Assembly: GCA_963695875.1 (NCBI GenBank)
Contig: CAVOID010000003.1
Location: 32,001 to 96,000, forward strand
DNA from: an uncultured delta proteobacterium
Lineage (GTDB): Bacteria; Desulfobacterota; Syntrophia; Syntrophales; UBA2185
Direction: 5' to 3'
DNA length: 64,000 nucleotides
The notes beneath the pieces were generated by a model, which ran no database searches, was not told the DNA's origin, and saw nothing but the letters and a program-made list of their open reading frames with translations. Of this stretch, positions 53,539 to 64,000 are shown piece after piece (within the stretch, counting starts at the first letter, position 1; every line of letters begins with the position of its first letter). The translations under genes and the position numbers were made by a program.

Positions 53539-55872
53539 ATGTCAAACAAACCAACAATCATTATTCCCGGCATGGAAAAAGGCATCCGTGTCGATTCAAG
53601 GATCCTGGAAGAACGTATTCAGAAAGCTGTCGATGACGGTCATCGATGCATAGAAATAATTGCCCATGGTCAGCATGGAATTGGCGGCCGTCTGTGGAGG
53701 GCAGGGACAGAGTCTGTCCTGATCAGGGTGATGGGGACATCTGGACAGCGAGTCGGTTCCATGGGATTTCCCAATACCTTCATTGACGTTATCGGACCGG
53801 TCTCCGATGATGTAGGATGGCTTAATGCCGGTGCCCAAATTGTTGTTCGCGGCAATGCGACCAACGGTGCGGGTAACGCTATGGCTCAGGGTAAGATTTA
53901 TGTTGTGGGTGACACCGGTGCCCGCGCTATGACGATGACAAAGCATAATCCTCGTTTTGATCCTCCGGAACTGTGGGTGTTGGGAAGCGTGGGGGATTCC
54001 TTTGCCGAGTTCATGGCTGGTGGGATTGCTGTTGTCTGTGGACATAATACGCCCCGTAAGGATAACGTTCTCGGTTATCGCCCATGCGTCGGTATGGTAG
54101 GAGGAAAGATATTCTTCCGTGGATATCATAAAGGCTTCAGTGCGGAAGACGCCAGGTTGACGAAACCCGACGATGACGAATGGCAGTGGTTGATCCTCAA
54201 CATGAAGGATTTTCTCGATACTATAGACCATTCGGAATTGTACCCACTCTTGACCAGTGAACGGGAACAATGGCAGCTCCTTGTGGCCCGTAAGCCTCAT
54301 GAAAAGATTGGTAAGCTTTCCAGAAAGATGAATCAATTCCGTAAAGAAGTCTGGGATCGGGAACTCGGGCCGGGGGGGCTTATCGGCGATCTGTCCGATA
54401 TGGATAGAAGCCCCATCGACGTAATTACAACAGGCATACTGCGTCGATTTGTTCCTGTATGGGAAAATGACAAATACCTGCCGCCCTGCCAGGCGAACTG
54501 TCCCACCGGCATCCCCGTGCAAAAGCGGTGGGAATTGATCCGCCAAGGGTTAATAGAAAAGGCCGTAGATCTGGCACTGTCATATACTCCCTTTCCGGCG
54601 ACCGTTTGCGGGTATCTCTGCCCGAATCTCTGCATGGAACACTGCACACGGCAAAAAGAAAAACTCCCACCGGTCGACATTACCCTGCTCGGCAAGGCCA
54701 GCTTGAAGGCGACGTCGCCGGAGCCTGCTCCCAAGACAGGCAAGAAGATCGCCGTAATCGGCGGTGGGGCATCGGGGCTATCCGTTGCGTGGCAGCTGTG
54801 GATGAAGGGGCATGAGCCGGTCATTTACGAGATGCGGGCTCGCCTCGGCGGAAAGATTACCGACATGATTCCAAGCAGCAGAATTCCTGACGAGGTAGTG
54901 GAACATGAATTGAACCGGGTTAGCGAACAGGTTACCCACATTAATTTGAAGCATCCCCTGACAAAAGAGGAGTTTGTTCAACTCAAGGAAAAGCACGATT
55001 TCACAGTAATTGCCATAGGGGCACAGAAGCCGCGGATGATTCCTGTCCCAGGCAATGAAAGGACAATTCCGGCGCTTGAGTTCCTCAGGCAAAGCAAGGC
55101 GGGCATTGCACAGGTGGGAGAAAAAGTGGTTGTCATAGGAGCAGGCAATGTCGGTTGTGATGCCGCGGCAGAGGCTGTGAGGTTGGGAGCTAAAGAGGTA
55201 ATTCTCATCGACATACAGGAACCCGCATCGTATGGGAAAGAAAGAAAAGCTGCCGAAGCCGCAGGGGCAAAATTCTTATGGCCCCGGTTCACCAAAGCTA
55301 TTACGGAAGAAGGCGTAGAACTGACGGACGGGGAGGTACTACCGGCAAATACGGTCATCGTGTCCATCGGTGATCAACCTGATTTAGCTTTTTTGCCGGA
55401 AGATATTACCACCGACAGAGGTTTTATCGTGGTGGACGACCACTATCAGACCAGCGATCCCGAGGTTTTCGCCATCGGTGATGCCGTCAAGCTGGGTCTT
55501 TTGACGGACGCCATCGGCGCAGGACGCCTCGCAGCAATCGCCATCGATAATGTGCTGAAAGGTTGGTATGAGACCTTTGATAAGCTGCCCCCCATTGACC
55601 CGGGGCGGGTGAAGCTGGAATATTATGACTCCCGCATTCTCGCTTTTGATGATCCTGCGTATTGTGCGTCGCAGTGCGCATCATGCGGGGCATGCCGGGA
55701 TTGCGGTCTTTGCGAAACTATCTGTCCTGTAAATGCCATTTCAAGGCAAGAACTGGATGGTGATGCCTATGAATACAGTGTCAATGATGACAGATGCATC
55801 GGTTGCGGATTCTGTGCCGGGGCATGTCCTACAGGGGTATGGCTGCTCATCGAAAACGAACCTCTGGAATAG
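53539..55872 (+). CDS. Glutamate synthase GXGXG domain fused to GltD-like FAD/NAD(P)H oxidoreductase and ferredoxin
   Basis: GQHGIGG, GDSFAEFMAGG, GMVGG; CQANCP, GGGASG, GAGNVG; C-terminal CGACRDCGLCETICP and CIGCGFCAGACP. Confidence 0.92.
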   Translation: MSNKPTIIIPGMEKGIRVDSRILEERIQKAVDDGHRCIEIIAHGQHGIGGRLWRAGTESVLIRVMGTSGQRVGSMGFPNTFIDVIGPVSDDVGWLNAGAQIVVRGNATNGAGNAMAQGKIYVVGDTGARAMTMTKHNPRFDPPELWVLGSVGDSFAEFMAGGIAVVCGHNTPRKDNVLGYRPCVGMVGGKIFFRGYHKGFSAEDARLTKPDDDEWQWLILNMKDFLDTIDHSELYPLLTSEREQWQLLVARKPHEKIGKLSRKMNQFRKEVWDRELGPGGLIGDLSDMDRSPIDVITTGILRRFVPVWENDKYLPPCQANCPTGIPVQKRWELIRQGLIEKAVDLALSYTPFPATVCGYLCPNLCMEHCTRQKEKLPPVDITLLGKASLKATSPEPAPKTGKKIAVIGGGASGLSVAWQLWMKGHEPVIYEMRARLGGKITDMIPSSRIPDEVVEHELNRVSEQVTHINLKHPLTKEEFVQLKEKHDFTVIAIGAQKPRMIPVPGNERTIPALEFLRQSKAGIAQVGEKVVVIGAGNVGCDAAAEAVRLGAKEVILIDIQEPASYGKERKAAEAAGAKFLWPRFTKAITEEGVELTDGEVLPANTVIVSIGDQPDLAFLPEDITTDRGFIVVDDHYQTSDPEVFAIGDAVKLGLLTDAIGAGRLAAIAIDNVLKGWYETFDKLPPIDPGRVKLEYYDSRILAFDDPAYCASQCASCGACRDCGLCETICPVNAISRQELDGDAYEYSVNDDRCIGCGFCAGACPTGVWLLIENEPLE

Positions 55873-55969
55873 CGAAAAGATACAGTCTGCCACCCAGAGC
55901 GGCCTGATGTTTTCAGCAATAAAGGCACTTTAAGAGTGTAAGATAAAAAAACTAAGAAAGGGGTGTGTT

Positions 55970-57302
55970 ATGTTTTCATGCAAGACGAAAGCGGATGTTA
56001 TTAAAGCGGTCAAGGAACACAACGTCAGTTTCATTCAGTTCTGGTTTACCGATGTGCTGGGGATGCAGAAGATTTTCAGCATCACACCGTCCGAACTGGA
56101 GGAGGGGCTGGAAGAAGGGATGGGCTTTGACGGGTCGTCGATCATGGGGTTTGCACGGATCGAAGAGAGCGACATGATCGCCATGGCCGATCCGACGACC
56201 TTCCAGTTGATTCCCTGGCGCCCTTCCGACCGGCCGGTAGCAAGGATGATTTGCGACATTCTGAATCCTGACGGCACGCCTTATGAAGGTGATCCCCGTT
56301 ATGTCCTAAAAAAGTCCCTCAAAAAGATCGCCGATCAGGGCTATACTTTCTATGTAGGTCCGGAATTGGAATATTTCTATTTCGCCAATGACAAGACAAC
56401 GGACATTCTGGATCAGGGCGGCTACTTTGACGGCCTTCCCATAGACAGTGCCACCGACCTGCGGCGTCAGACGATATTTGCCCTGCAGGATATGGGGATC
56501 CGTGTGGAATATTCTCATCATGAAGTGGCACCGAGCCAGCATGAGATTGACCTCCGTTATGACGATGCCCTGAAGATGGCCGACAAGGTCATGACCTATC
56601 GAACAGCGATCAAAGAGATTGCCCGACAGAACGGTGTCTATGCCACCTTTATGCCCAAGCCTATTTTCGGCCAGAACGGCAGCGGGATGCATACCCACCA
56701 GTCACTCTTCAAGGGCAGCAAAAACGCCTTCTTTGACGGGAAGGATAAATACCATCTGTCCGCGGTGGCAAAAAGCTACATCGCCGGTTTGATGACCCAT
56801 GCCCCGGAAATTACGGCCGTCTGCAATCAGTGGGTAAACTCCTACAAGCGCCTGGTACCCGGTTACGAGGCACCGGTTTATGTCTCCTGGGCGCGACGCA
56901 ACCGTTCTACCATGATTCGTGTTCCCATGTACAAACCGGGGAAAGAGAAGGCAACACGCATCGAGTTCCGTTCGCCCGACCCGGCATGCAATCCCTATCT
57001 GGCCTTTGCCGTGATGCTGGCGGCCGGCATGAAAGGCGTAGAGAAGAAGTACCCACTCCCCGAACCCATCGAAGAAGATATCTTTGAAATGGATGAGAAG
57101 GCCCGGGAAAAGGCGGGAATCACCTCTCTGCCGGGGAGTCTATATGAGGCCTTGATCGTTAGTATCAAAGAGTAAGCTTGTCAGGGAAACACTGGGGGAT
57201 CATATCTTCCAGAAGTTTATTGAAAACAAGAAGGTGGAATGGGATCGTTTCCGGACCCATGTGAGTCAGTACGAAATCGAACGGTATCTGCCCATACTGT
57301 AA
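55970..57302 (+). CDS. glnA: Glutamine synthetase type I (frameshift at ~57160)
   Basis: FDGSSI, GPELEYF, HHEVAPSQHE, TFMPKP, NGSGMH, SYKRLVPGYEAP, RIEFRSPD; second frame LGDHIF...ERYLPIL*. Confidence 0.96.
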
Positions 57303-57322
57303 TGTAGGACATCATGAAAGTG

Positions 57323-57348
57323 GGGGCGGCTTCTCACGAAGCCGTCCC
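57323..57348 (+). terminator. Hairpin after glnA
   Basis: GGGGCGGCTTC-TCAC-GAAGCCGTCCC; U-tract is weak. Confidence 0.55.
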
Positions 57349-57575
57349 TCCTCCGGCCTAGGCAAAACCTTTTTTCGAACTCATCTTAATGCCTCTCAAT
57401 ATAAGATTGAAAGATATCTTCCCTTGATGTATATAGAGCCACTTATTTCCTGGCAGAATAAAAGGTGGAAGTGATTGAAATTTATTAATTATTGAAGGAC
57501 CGCAATCCGATGGAACAACTTGGAGGAAGAAGCCACTATCATCAGTAAGCATACTCCTGTCAGTGGAAACGTCAT

Positions 57576-58765
57576 ATGTCAATTTTAAAGCACAATCACC
57601 CGGCCATATTGGTTTTGGAAGATGGGAGCGTATACCAAGGCTATGCTTTCGCCTCCTCCGGCGAGACCATGGGAGAGGTCGTATTTAATACAGGGATGAC
57701 CGGATACCAGGAAATAATAACCGATCCGTCCTACAAGGGGCAGATTGTGACCATGACCTATCCTTTGATCGGTAATTATGGAATCAATCCGGAAGATATG
57801 GAATCCGGAGATATCCACCTGGAAGGTTTTATCGTCAAAGAGTATCAGCCATACCCGAGTAACTGGCGAAGCCGGATGAGTTTAAAGGAGTTCCTTGAGT
57901 CTCACGGCAAAATAGGTGTCGAAGGCATTGACACGAGGGCATTGACGCGCCGCATACGCCTGGAGGGTGCAATGCGCGGGATCATTTCCACCGAGACCAG
58001 AGAGACTGACCTCTTGCTCACGCGTGTACGTGCTTATCCGGGTCTTGTAGGTCGGGACCTGATAAAAGAGGTGACCTGCAAGGAACCATATCGATGGAAG
58101 GATGGCGGACCTCAATCGCTAGCATCCACGGTTTAACTGAATCTTCCATAAGCAATGACGGGGCAACAGAATCAGGTGATGGGAAACGGCAGTTACGTGT
58201 CGTTGTTCTTGATTGCGGTGTCAAATACAATATTCTGCGAAATCTGGAGAGGTTAGGTTGTGAAGTCCTGGTCTTGCCCGCGACAGCGACCGGGAAGGAG
58301 ATGTTATCGTACAAACCGGACGGGATTTTGCTTTCCAATGGGCCGGGAGATCCGGCGGCATTACCTTATATTGTAGAAGCAACTGAACAGATCCTGGGTA
58401 AAGTTCCGATCTTCGGAATCTGCCTTGGTCATCAGATTTTGGGGCAGGCACTGGGCGGAAGGACAGAGAAACTGAAGTTTGGCCATCATGGCGTCAACCA
58501 GCCTGTCAAAAACATGCAAACCGGACGGATTGAAATCACATCGCAAAACCATGGGTTTGTTGTCGTGCCGGAATCCCTGCCGGAAGACCTGGAAAAAACA
58601 TATGATAACCTCAATGACCATACCTCGGAGGGAATGTGCCACCAGACCGAGCAGGCATTCAGTGTGCAATACCATCCCGAAGCGGCGCCGGGTCCTCACG
58701 ATGTCAACTATCTGTTTGAAAAGTTTGTATCCCTCATGAAAATGAATAAGGAAAAGTCGACATGA
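57576..58765 (+). CDS. carA: Carbamoyl-phosphate synthase small subunit (frameshift at ~58120)
   Basis: GEVVFNTGMTGYQE, TDPSY, IDTRALT; LSNGPGDP, GICLGHQ, SQNHG, QYHPE. Confidence 0.95.
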
Positions 58766-60292
58766 TCCTGATCATTGATTTTGGTTCACAGTACAATCAG
58801 CTGATCGCCAGGCGTGTGCGTGAGCACCATGTCTACTGCCAGATTGAGCCCCCGGATATTGACTTAGCAAAAATAAAGGCCCTTCATCCTGAGGGTATTA
58901 TTTTGTCCGGAGGTCCGGCAAGTATCTATGAAAAGGGAAGTCCGAGGGCAGACAGGGGAATTTTTGACCTGGGCATTCCCGTGTTGGGTATATGTTACGG
59001 CATGCAATTCATGGTCGATGCCCTGGGCGGAAAGGTCATCGGGGCGGCAAAACGGGAATACGGATTTGCCGAGCTCAGTATCAAAGATTTGTCAGGTATA
59101 TTTTCCGGTATAGCTAAGGAAACCCGTTGCTGGATGAGTCATGGAGACTCTATCGGCGTCTTACCGAAGGGTTTCAAAACCACGGCATCTACCCCCAATA
59201 CGAAGATCGCCGCTGCAGAAAATGCATCAAAGCGATTATACGGATTGCAGTTTCACCCGGAGGTTGTCCATACACCGGAAGGGAAAAAAATGCTGGAGAA
59301 CTTCCTTTTCCGCATCTGCAACTGCAAGAAAAGCTGGACGATGAAATCTTTCGCCCGGGACGCCATTGCAGATATTCGTGCCCAGGTCGGCGAGAGCAAG
59401 GTGATACTCGGTTTGAGCGGCGGTGTGGATTCATCGGTCGCTGCCGTCCTGCTCCATCAGGCCATCGGCCGTCAGCTGCATTGTGTCTTTGTGGATAACG
59501 GTGTACTTCGGGAAGGGGAAGCCGAGAAGGTTCAGGATGTTTTCCGGAAACATTTCCAGATCAACCTGCGATTTGCCCGGGCGAAGAAGCTTTTTCTGGA
59601 CAGGTTGAAGGGTGTTGCCGACCCTGAAAAGAAAAGGAAAATTATCGGCCGCACCTTCATCGAAGTTTTTGAAAAGGAAGCCCGGCGGATCAAGGATGTC
59701 AAATTTTTAGCCCAGGGGACCCTCTATCCCGATCTCATCGAATCCCGCTCGGCCTTCGGCGGGCCAAGCGCGGTGATCAAATCGCACCACAATGTGGGCG
59801 GCCTCCCGAAAAAGATGCATCTGTCCCTGGTGGAGCCCCTCAAACACCTCTTCAAGGACGAAGTCCGGCTGTTGGGCAAGGAACTGGGGATGTCCGATGA
59901 ACAGGTCTGGCGGCAGCCCTTTCCCGGCCCGGGTCTGGCTATCCGTATCATCGGGGAGGTTACGGAAAAACGGCTGGCTATCCTGCGCAAAGCCGACGTA
60001 ATTCTCATGGATGAGATCCGGGCGGCGAATCTCTACCGCAAGCTGTGGCAGTCCTTTGCCGTCCTTCTGCCGATCAAGAGCGTGGGTATTATGGGGGATC
60101 AACGGACCTACGAAAACATTCTGTCCATACGGGCGGTCACCAGTGACGATGCCATGACAGCAGACTGGGCGAAATTGCCCCATGAATCTGCTCGGAAGGA
60201 TTTCCAACCGCATCATCAATGAGGTCAGGGGTGTCAACCGGGTGGTCTATGATATCAGCTCGAAGCCACCGAGTACGATTGAGTGGGAGTAA
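58762..60292 (+). CDS. guaA: GMP synthase, glutamine-hydrolysing (frameshift at ~60185)
   Basis: [42 protein letters not shown]; second frame [14 protein letters not shown]. Confidence 0.96.
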
Positions 60293-60303
60293 ATATATAG
60301 CGA

Positions 60304-63300
60304 ATGCCTAAAAGAAATGACCTGAAAAAAATACTTATTATCGGTTCCGGCCCGATCATTATCAGCCAGGCATGTGAGTTCGACTACTCCGGCACGCAGG
60401 CTTGTAAGGCATTGAAGGAAGAAGGTTATCAGGTCGTTCTGATCAACAGCAACCCGGCGACAATAATGACTGACCCTGAAATGGCGGACAGGACGTATGT
60501 GGAACCGATTACGCCGGAAGCGGTAGCGAAGATCATTGTCAAGGAACGACCCGATGCCCTCCTGCCTACCCTGGGAGGACAGACGGGACTGAACACTGCC
60601 GTCGCAGTTGCGGAAAGCGGCGTGCTGGAACGCTACGGCGTGGAGATGATCGGTGCATCTCTCGAAGTAATCCAAAAGGCGGAGGATCGCGAGAAGTTCC
60701 GCAACGCCATGGAGCGGATAGGACTCCGGGTACCGCGAAGCGGATTTGCCAGAAATATGGATGAAGTATTTGCCGTTGCGGCAGATATCGGATTCCCTCT
60801 CATTATCCGTCCCTCCTTTACCCTGGGGGGTACAGGGAGCGGTGTAGCCTACAACAGGGAGGAACTGGCGGAAATCGCCAAGGCGGGACTGGATGCCAGT
60901 ATGATCCATGAAATTATGCTGGAAGAATCGGTTCTGGGCTGGAAAGAGTATGAACTCGAGGTAATGCGAGACAGGGCCGACAATGTTGTGATCATCTGTT
61001 CCATAGAAAATTTTGATCCCATGGGTATTCATACCGGAGAATCAATCACGGTTGCACCCGCCCAGACACTTACGGATGTTGAGTATCAGCGAATGCGCGA
61101 TGCAGCCATCGCCATCATGCGGGAAATAGGTGTGGAAACAGGCGGATCGAATGTACAGTTCGCCATAAATCCCGACAACGGAGATCTGGTCGTCATCGAG
61201 ATGAATCCCCGTGTATCACGATCTTCAGCACTTGCCTCCAAGGCAACAGGTTTCCCCATCGCAAAAATTGCAGCAAAACTGGCCGTCGGCTACACCCTTG
61301 ATGAGATTCCCAATGATATTACCAGAGAAACGATGGCATCCTTTGAGCCGACCATTGACTATTGTGTTGTCAAGATTCCCCGCTGGACATTTGAAAAATT
61401 TCCGCAGACCGAAGATGTGTTGACGACGTCCATGAAATCGGTGGGAGAGACCATGTCCATCGGCCGTACCTTTAAAGAGGCCCTCCAGAAGGCGGTCCGT
61501 TCACTGGAAATCGGGCGATTCAGTATGAAACTGCCTCTTTGCCGGATGATGTCAACGCCACTGAATTCTTAACGTCTAAATTAAAGACACCGAATTCCCT
61601 TCGACTATTTTATATTGCCACTGCATTGCGTCACGGCATGAGCATAGAGGAAATAGCCGGACTGACCTGGATCGATCCATGGTTTCTGCACCAGATACAA
61701 GACCATAGTCGATGCGGAAAAGATTCTCGAGACAACATCACTTTCGGTTGACGCATTGCGGGAAGCAAAACAGCTGGGATTCTCTGATCGATATCTCGGC
61801 GAAGTCTGGAACCTACCGGAAGCGGATATTCGCCAACAGCGCTTTCGTGAAAATATTGTGCCTGTCTTCAAGCTTGTGGATACCTGCGCCGCTGAGTTCG
61901 AGGCTTATACCCCTTACTACTATTCAACGTACGAGGATGAAGATGAAGCAAGACCCTCTTCTAAACCAAAGGTGGTTATCCTGGGGGGAGGACCTAACCG
62001 CATCGGACAGGGTATCGAATTCGATTACTGCTGTGTCCACGCGTCTTTCGCCCTTCGTGAAGAGGAGTATGAGAGTATCATGGTGAATTCAAACCCGGAG
62101 ACGGTCAGTACCGACTATGATACATCGGATAAGCTGTTTTTTGAGCCGGTAACCCTGGAAGATGTCCTTCATATTCTGAAGACCGAAAAACCTCTCGGAG
62201 TAATTGTTCAGTTCGGAGGGCAGACTCCCCTCAATCTCGCCAAGGGTCTGGAGGCCTCGGGTGCAAGGATTCTGGGAACATCACCCGATGCTATAGACCG
62301 CGCCGAAGACAGAAAACGTTTTCAGGATATCGTAAAACGATTAAACCTTAAGCAACCGGACAACGATACAGCAACAGATGTCAATGGAGCACTCAAGGCA
62401 GCACGGCGGATCGGTTATCCCGTCCTGGTCAGGCCTTCCTACGTCCTGGGAGGGCGATCCATGGAAATTGTGTACGATCAGGAGAGCTTGATCCAGTTTA
62501 TGGAAAAGGCCATCGCTGTCTCTCCGGATCATCCTATTCTGATCGACAAATTCCTCGAGGATGCCATTGAGGTCGATGTGGATGCCATCAGCGACGGCAC
62601 GGATACAGTTATCGGCGGCATCATGGAACATATCGAAGAAGCCGGTATCCATTCCGGAGACAGTGCCTGTGTTCTGCCGCCTATCACATTTTCCCAGGAA
62701 CTCCTTGAGACAATCGAGAGCCAGACAAAACAGATCTCCCAAGAATTGGGAGTGGTCGGCCTGATGAACATCCAGTATGCTGTAAAAGATGGTGTTCTTT
62801 ATGTTCTGGAGGTTAATCCGCGGGCGTCCCGAACTGTTCCTTTTGTCAGCAAGGCTATCGGTGTGCCCCTCGCCAAACTGGCAACCAAGGTAATGATGGG
62901 GCGATCCTTAAAGGAACTGGGATTTACGAAGACCATATGGCCGGAACATATCTCTGTAAAAGAGGCCGTCTTTCCCTTTAACAGGTTTCCGAATGTGGAC
63001 GTCCTCCTTGGGCCGGAAATGAAGTCCACCGGGGAAGTGATGGGAATTGACCGTTCATTTGGGATGGCATTTGCCAAATCACAGATGGCCGCCGGGTTTC
63101 ATTTGCCTCTTGAGGGAGGCGTGTTCATCAGTGTAAATGATGTGCACAAGGATAAAATCGTTCCCGTCGCCCGTTCGTTTCGAGACTATGGGTTTCCATA
63201 TCATGGCCACCCGCGGTACGGCGGCCCACTTGACAGAAATACGGCGTCAGGACGGAGACTATTCTTAAGGTTAGCGAGGGCCGTCCCCACATTGTGGATC

Positions 63301-63515
63301 GTATTAAAAACGGCGATATCCAGGTGGTGATCAATGCGAGTGTGGGACGCAGGTCAACCTTCGACGCCTATCACATACGCCGCGGCGCTCTCATCTATAA
63401 TGTGCTTTACACAACGACGATTGCCGGTTCCAGGGCGCTGAGTGAGGCTATTATGGCATTGAAGAAGGAAAAGTGGGAGGTTTCTCCACTTCAGGACTAT
63501 TATCGTAAAGTGTAG
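60304..63515 (+). CDS. carB: Carbamoyl-phosphate synthase large subunit (several frameshifts)
   Basis: [55 protein letters not shown]-like C-terminus. Confidence 0.96.
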
Positions 63516-63531
63516 ATTGGGGGCGTTATCA

Positions 63532-64000
63532 ATGTCTCAAGATTATATAGATGAAGGTAAACCAAGGGAAGAATGTGGTGTTTTTGCTATTTACGGAAAC
63601 GAAGAAGCAGCGCGTACTACATTTTTCGGGCTCTTTGCCCTCCAGCACCGGGGGCAGGAGAGTGCGGGTATCAACACAGCTGATGGTTGTCAGGTATGGG
63701 GACACAAGGGTATGGGCCTGGCGTCTGAAGTCTTTCATGAAGATATCCTCTCAAAGCTTCCGGGCCATCTAGCCATAGGGCATGTTCGTTATTCGACAAC
63801 CGGATCTTCTGTTCTTTCCAATGCCCAGCCGTTCTTAGTGCATCACGGCGATGAATATTACGCCCTAGGCCACAACGGGAACCTCATTAATGCCCAGGAA
63901 TTGCGGTCTGAACTTGAAGACCGAGGCTCCATCTTCCAGTCCACGATGGATAGTGAGGTTGTTATCCACCTGATGGCAAAACATTTGAAAAATGGGATCG
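63532..64000 (+). CDS. purF: Amidophosphoribosyltransferase (partial, runs off the window end)
   Basis: Manual translation MSQDYIDEGKPREECGVF...LQHRGQESAG...GHVRYSTTG...HNGNL; not in the ORF track. Confidence 0.95.
   Translation, partial: MSQDYIDEGKPREECGVFAIYGNEEAARTTFFGLFALQHRGQESAGINTADGCQVWGHKGMGLASEVFHEDILSKLPGHLAIGHVRYSTTGSSVLSNAQPFLVHHGDEYYALGHNGNLINAQELRSELEDRGSIFQSTMDSEVVIHLMAKHLKNGI

Noticed and set aside
53596..54546. 316-aa antisense ORF
   Set aside because: Shadow of the GXGXG-GltD gene, with no recognisable motifs
60247..61032. 261-aa antisense ORF (likewise 59707..60237, 41487..42191, 36793..37443, 38686..39237)
   Set aside because: These lie opposite carB, guaA, the GltB2-like gene, hisH and mnmG; typical shadow ORFs
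1..64000. CRISPR array, tRNA/rRNA, IS or prophage
   Set aside because: No regularly spaced repeats, cloverleafs, transposase, integrase or phage genes recognised by eye

Overview
A gene-dense chromosomal window from an anaerobic bacterium; gene content and order suggest Desulfobacterota, probably Syntrophales-like (inference only). The first ~34 kb is a mix of housekeeping and accessory genes: REC-TPR/HK pair, ettA, thiM-thiE-HAD, diguanylate cyclase, Tat-exported aldo/keto reductase, UbiB/phasin, ADP-forming acyl-CoA ligase, fabD, glutaminyl cyclase, DegQ, a CoA-dehydratase activase and an Mla/MCE-like operon. From ~34.4 kb to the end, nearly every gene makes, uses or regulates glutamine or glutamate: pdxST, hisHF, an orphan GltB2-like flavoprotein, an NrpR-family repressor with a candidate operator, a glutamate dehydrogenase with a substituted specificity lysine, a KaiC-like/dikinase fusion lacking a pyruvate domain, a NifA-like sigma54 activator with candidate promoter and binding sites, a split GOGAT, glnA, then carA-guaA-carB-purF. 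The 40.7-57.3 kb nitrogen-control block is the best candidate for a poorly described system. Many genes, including conserved core ones, carry small indels that look like long-read consensus errors, so I joined the fragments into whole genes. I found no rRNA, tRNA, CRISPR array, prophage or transposase.
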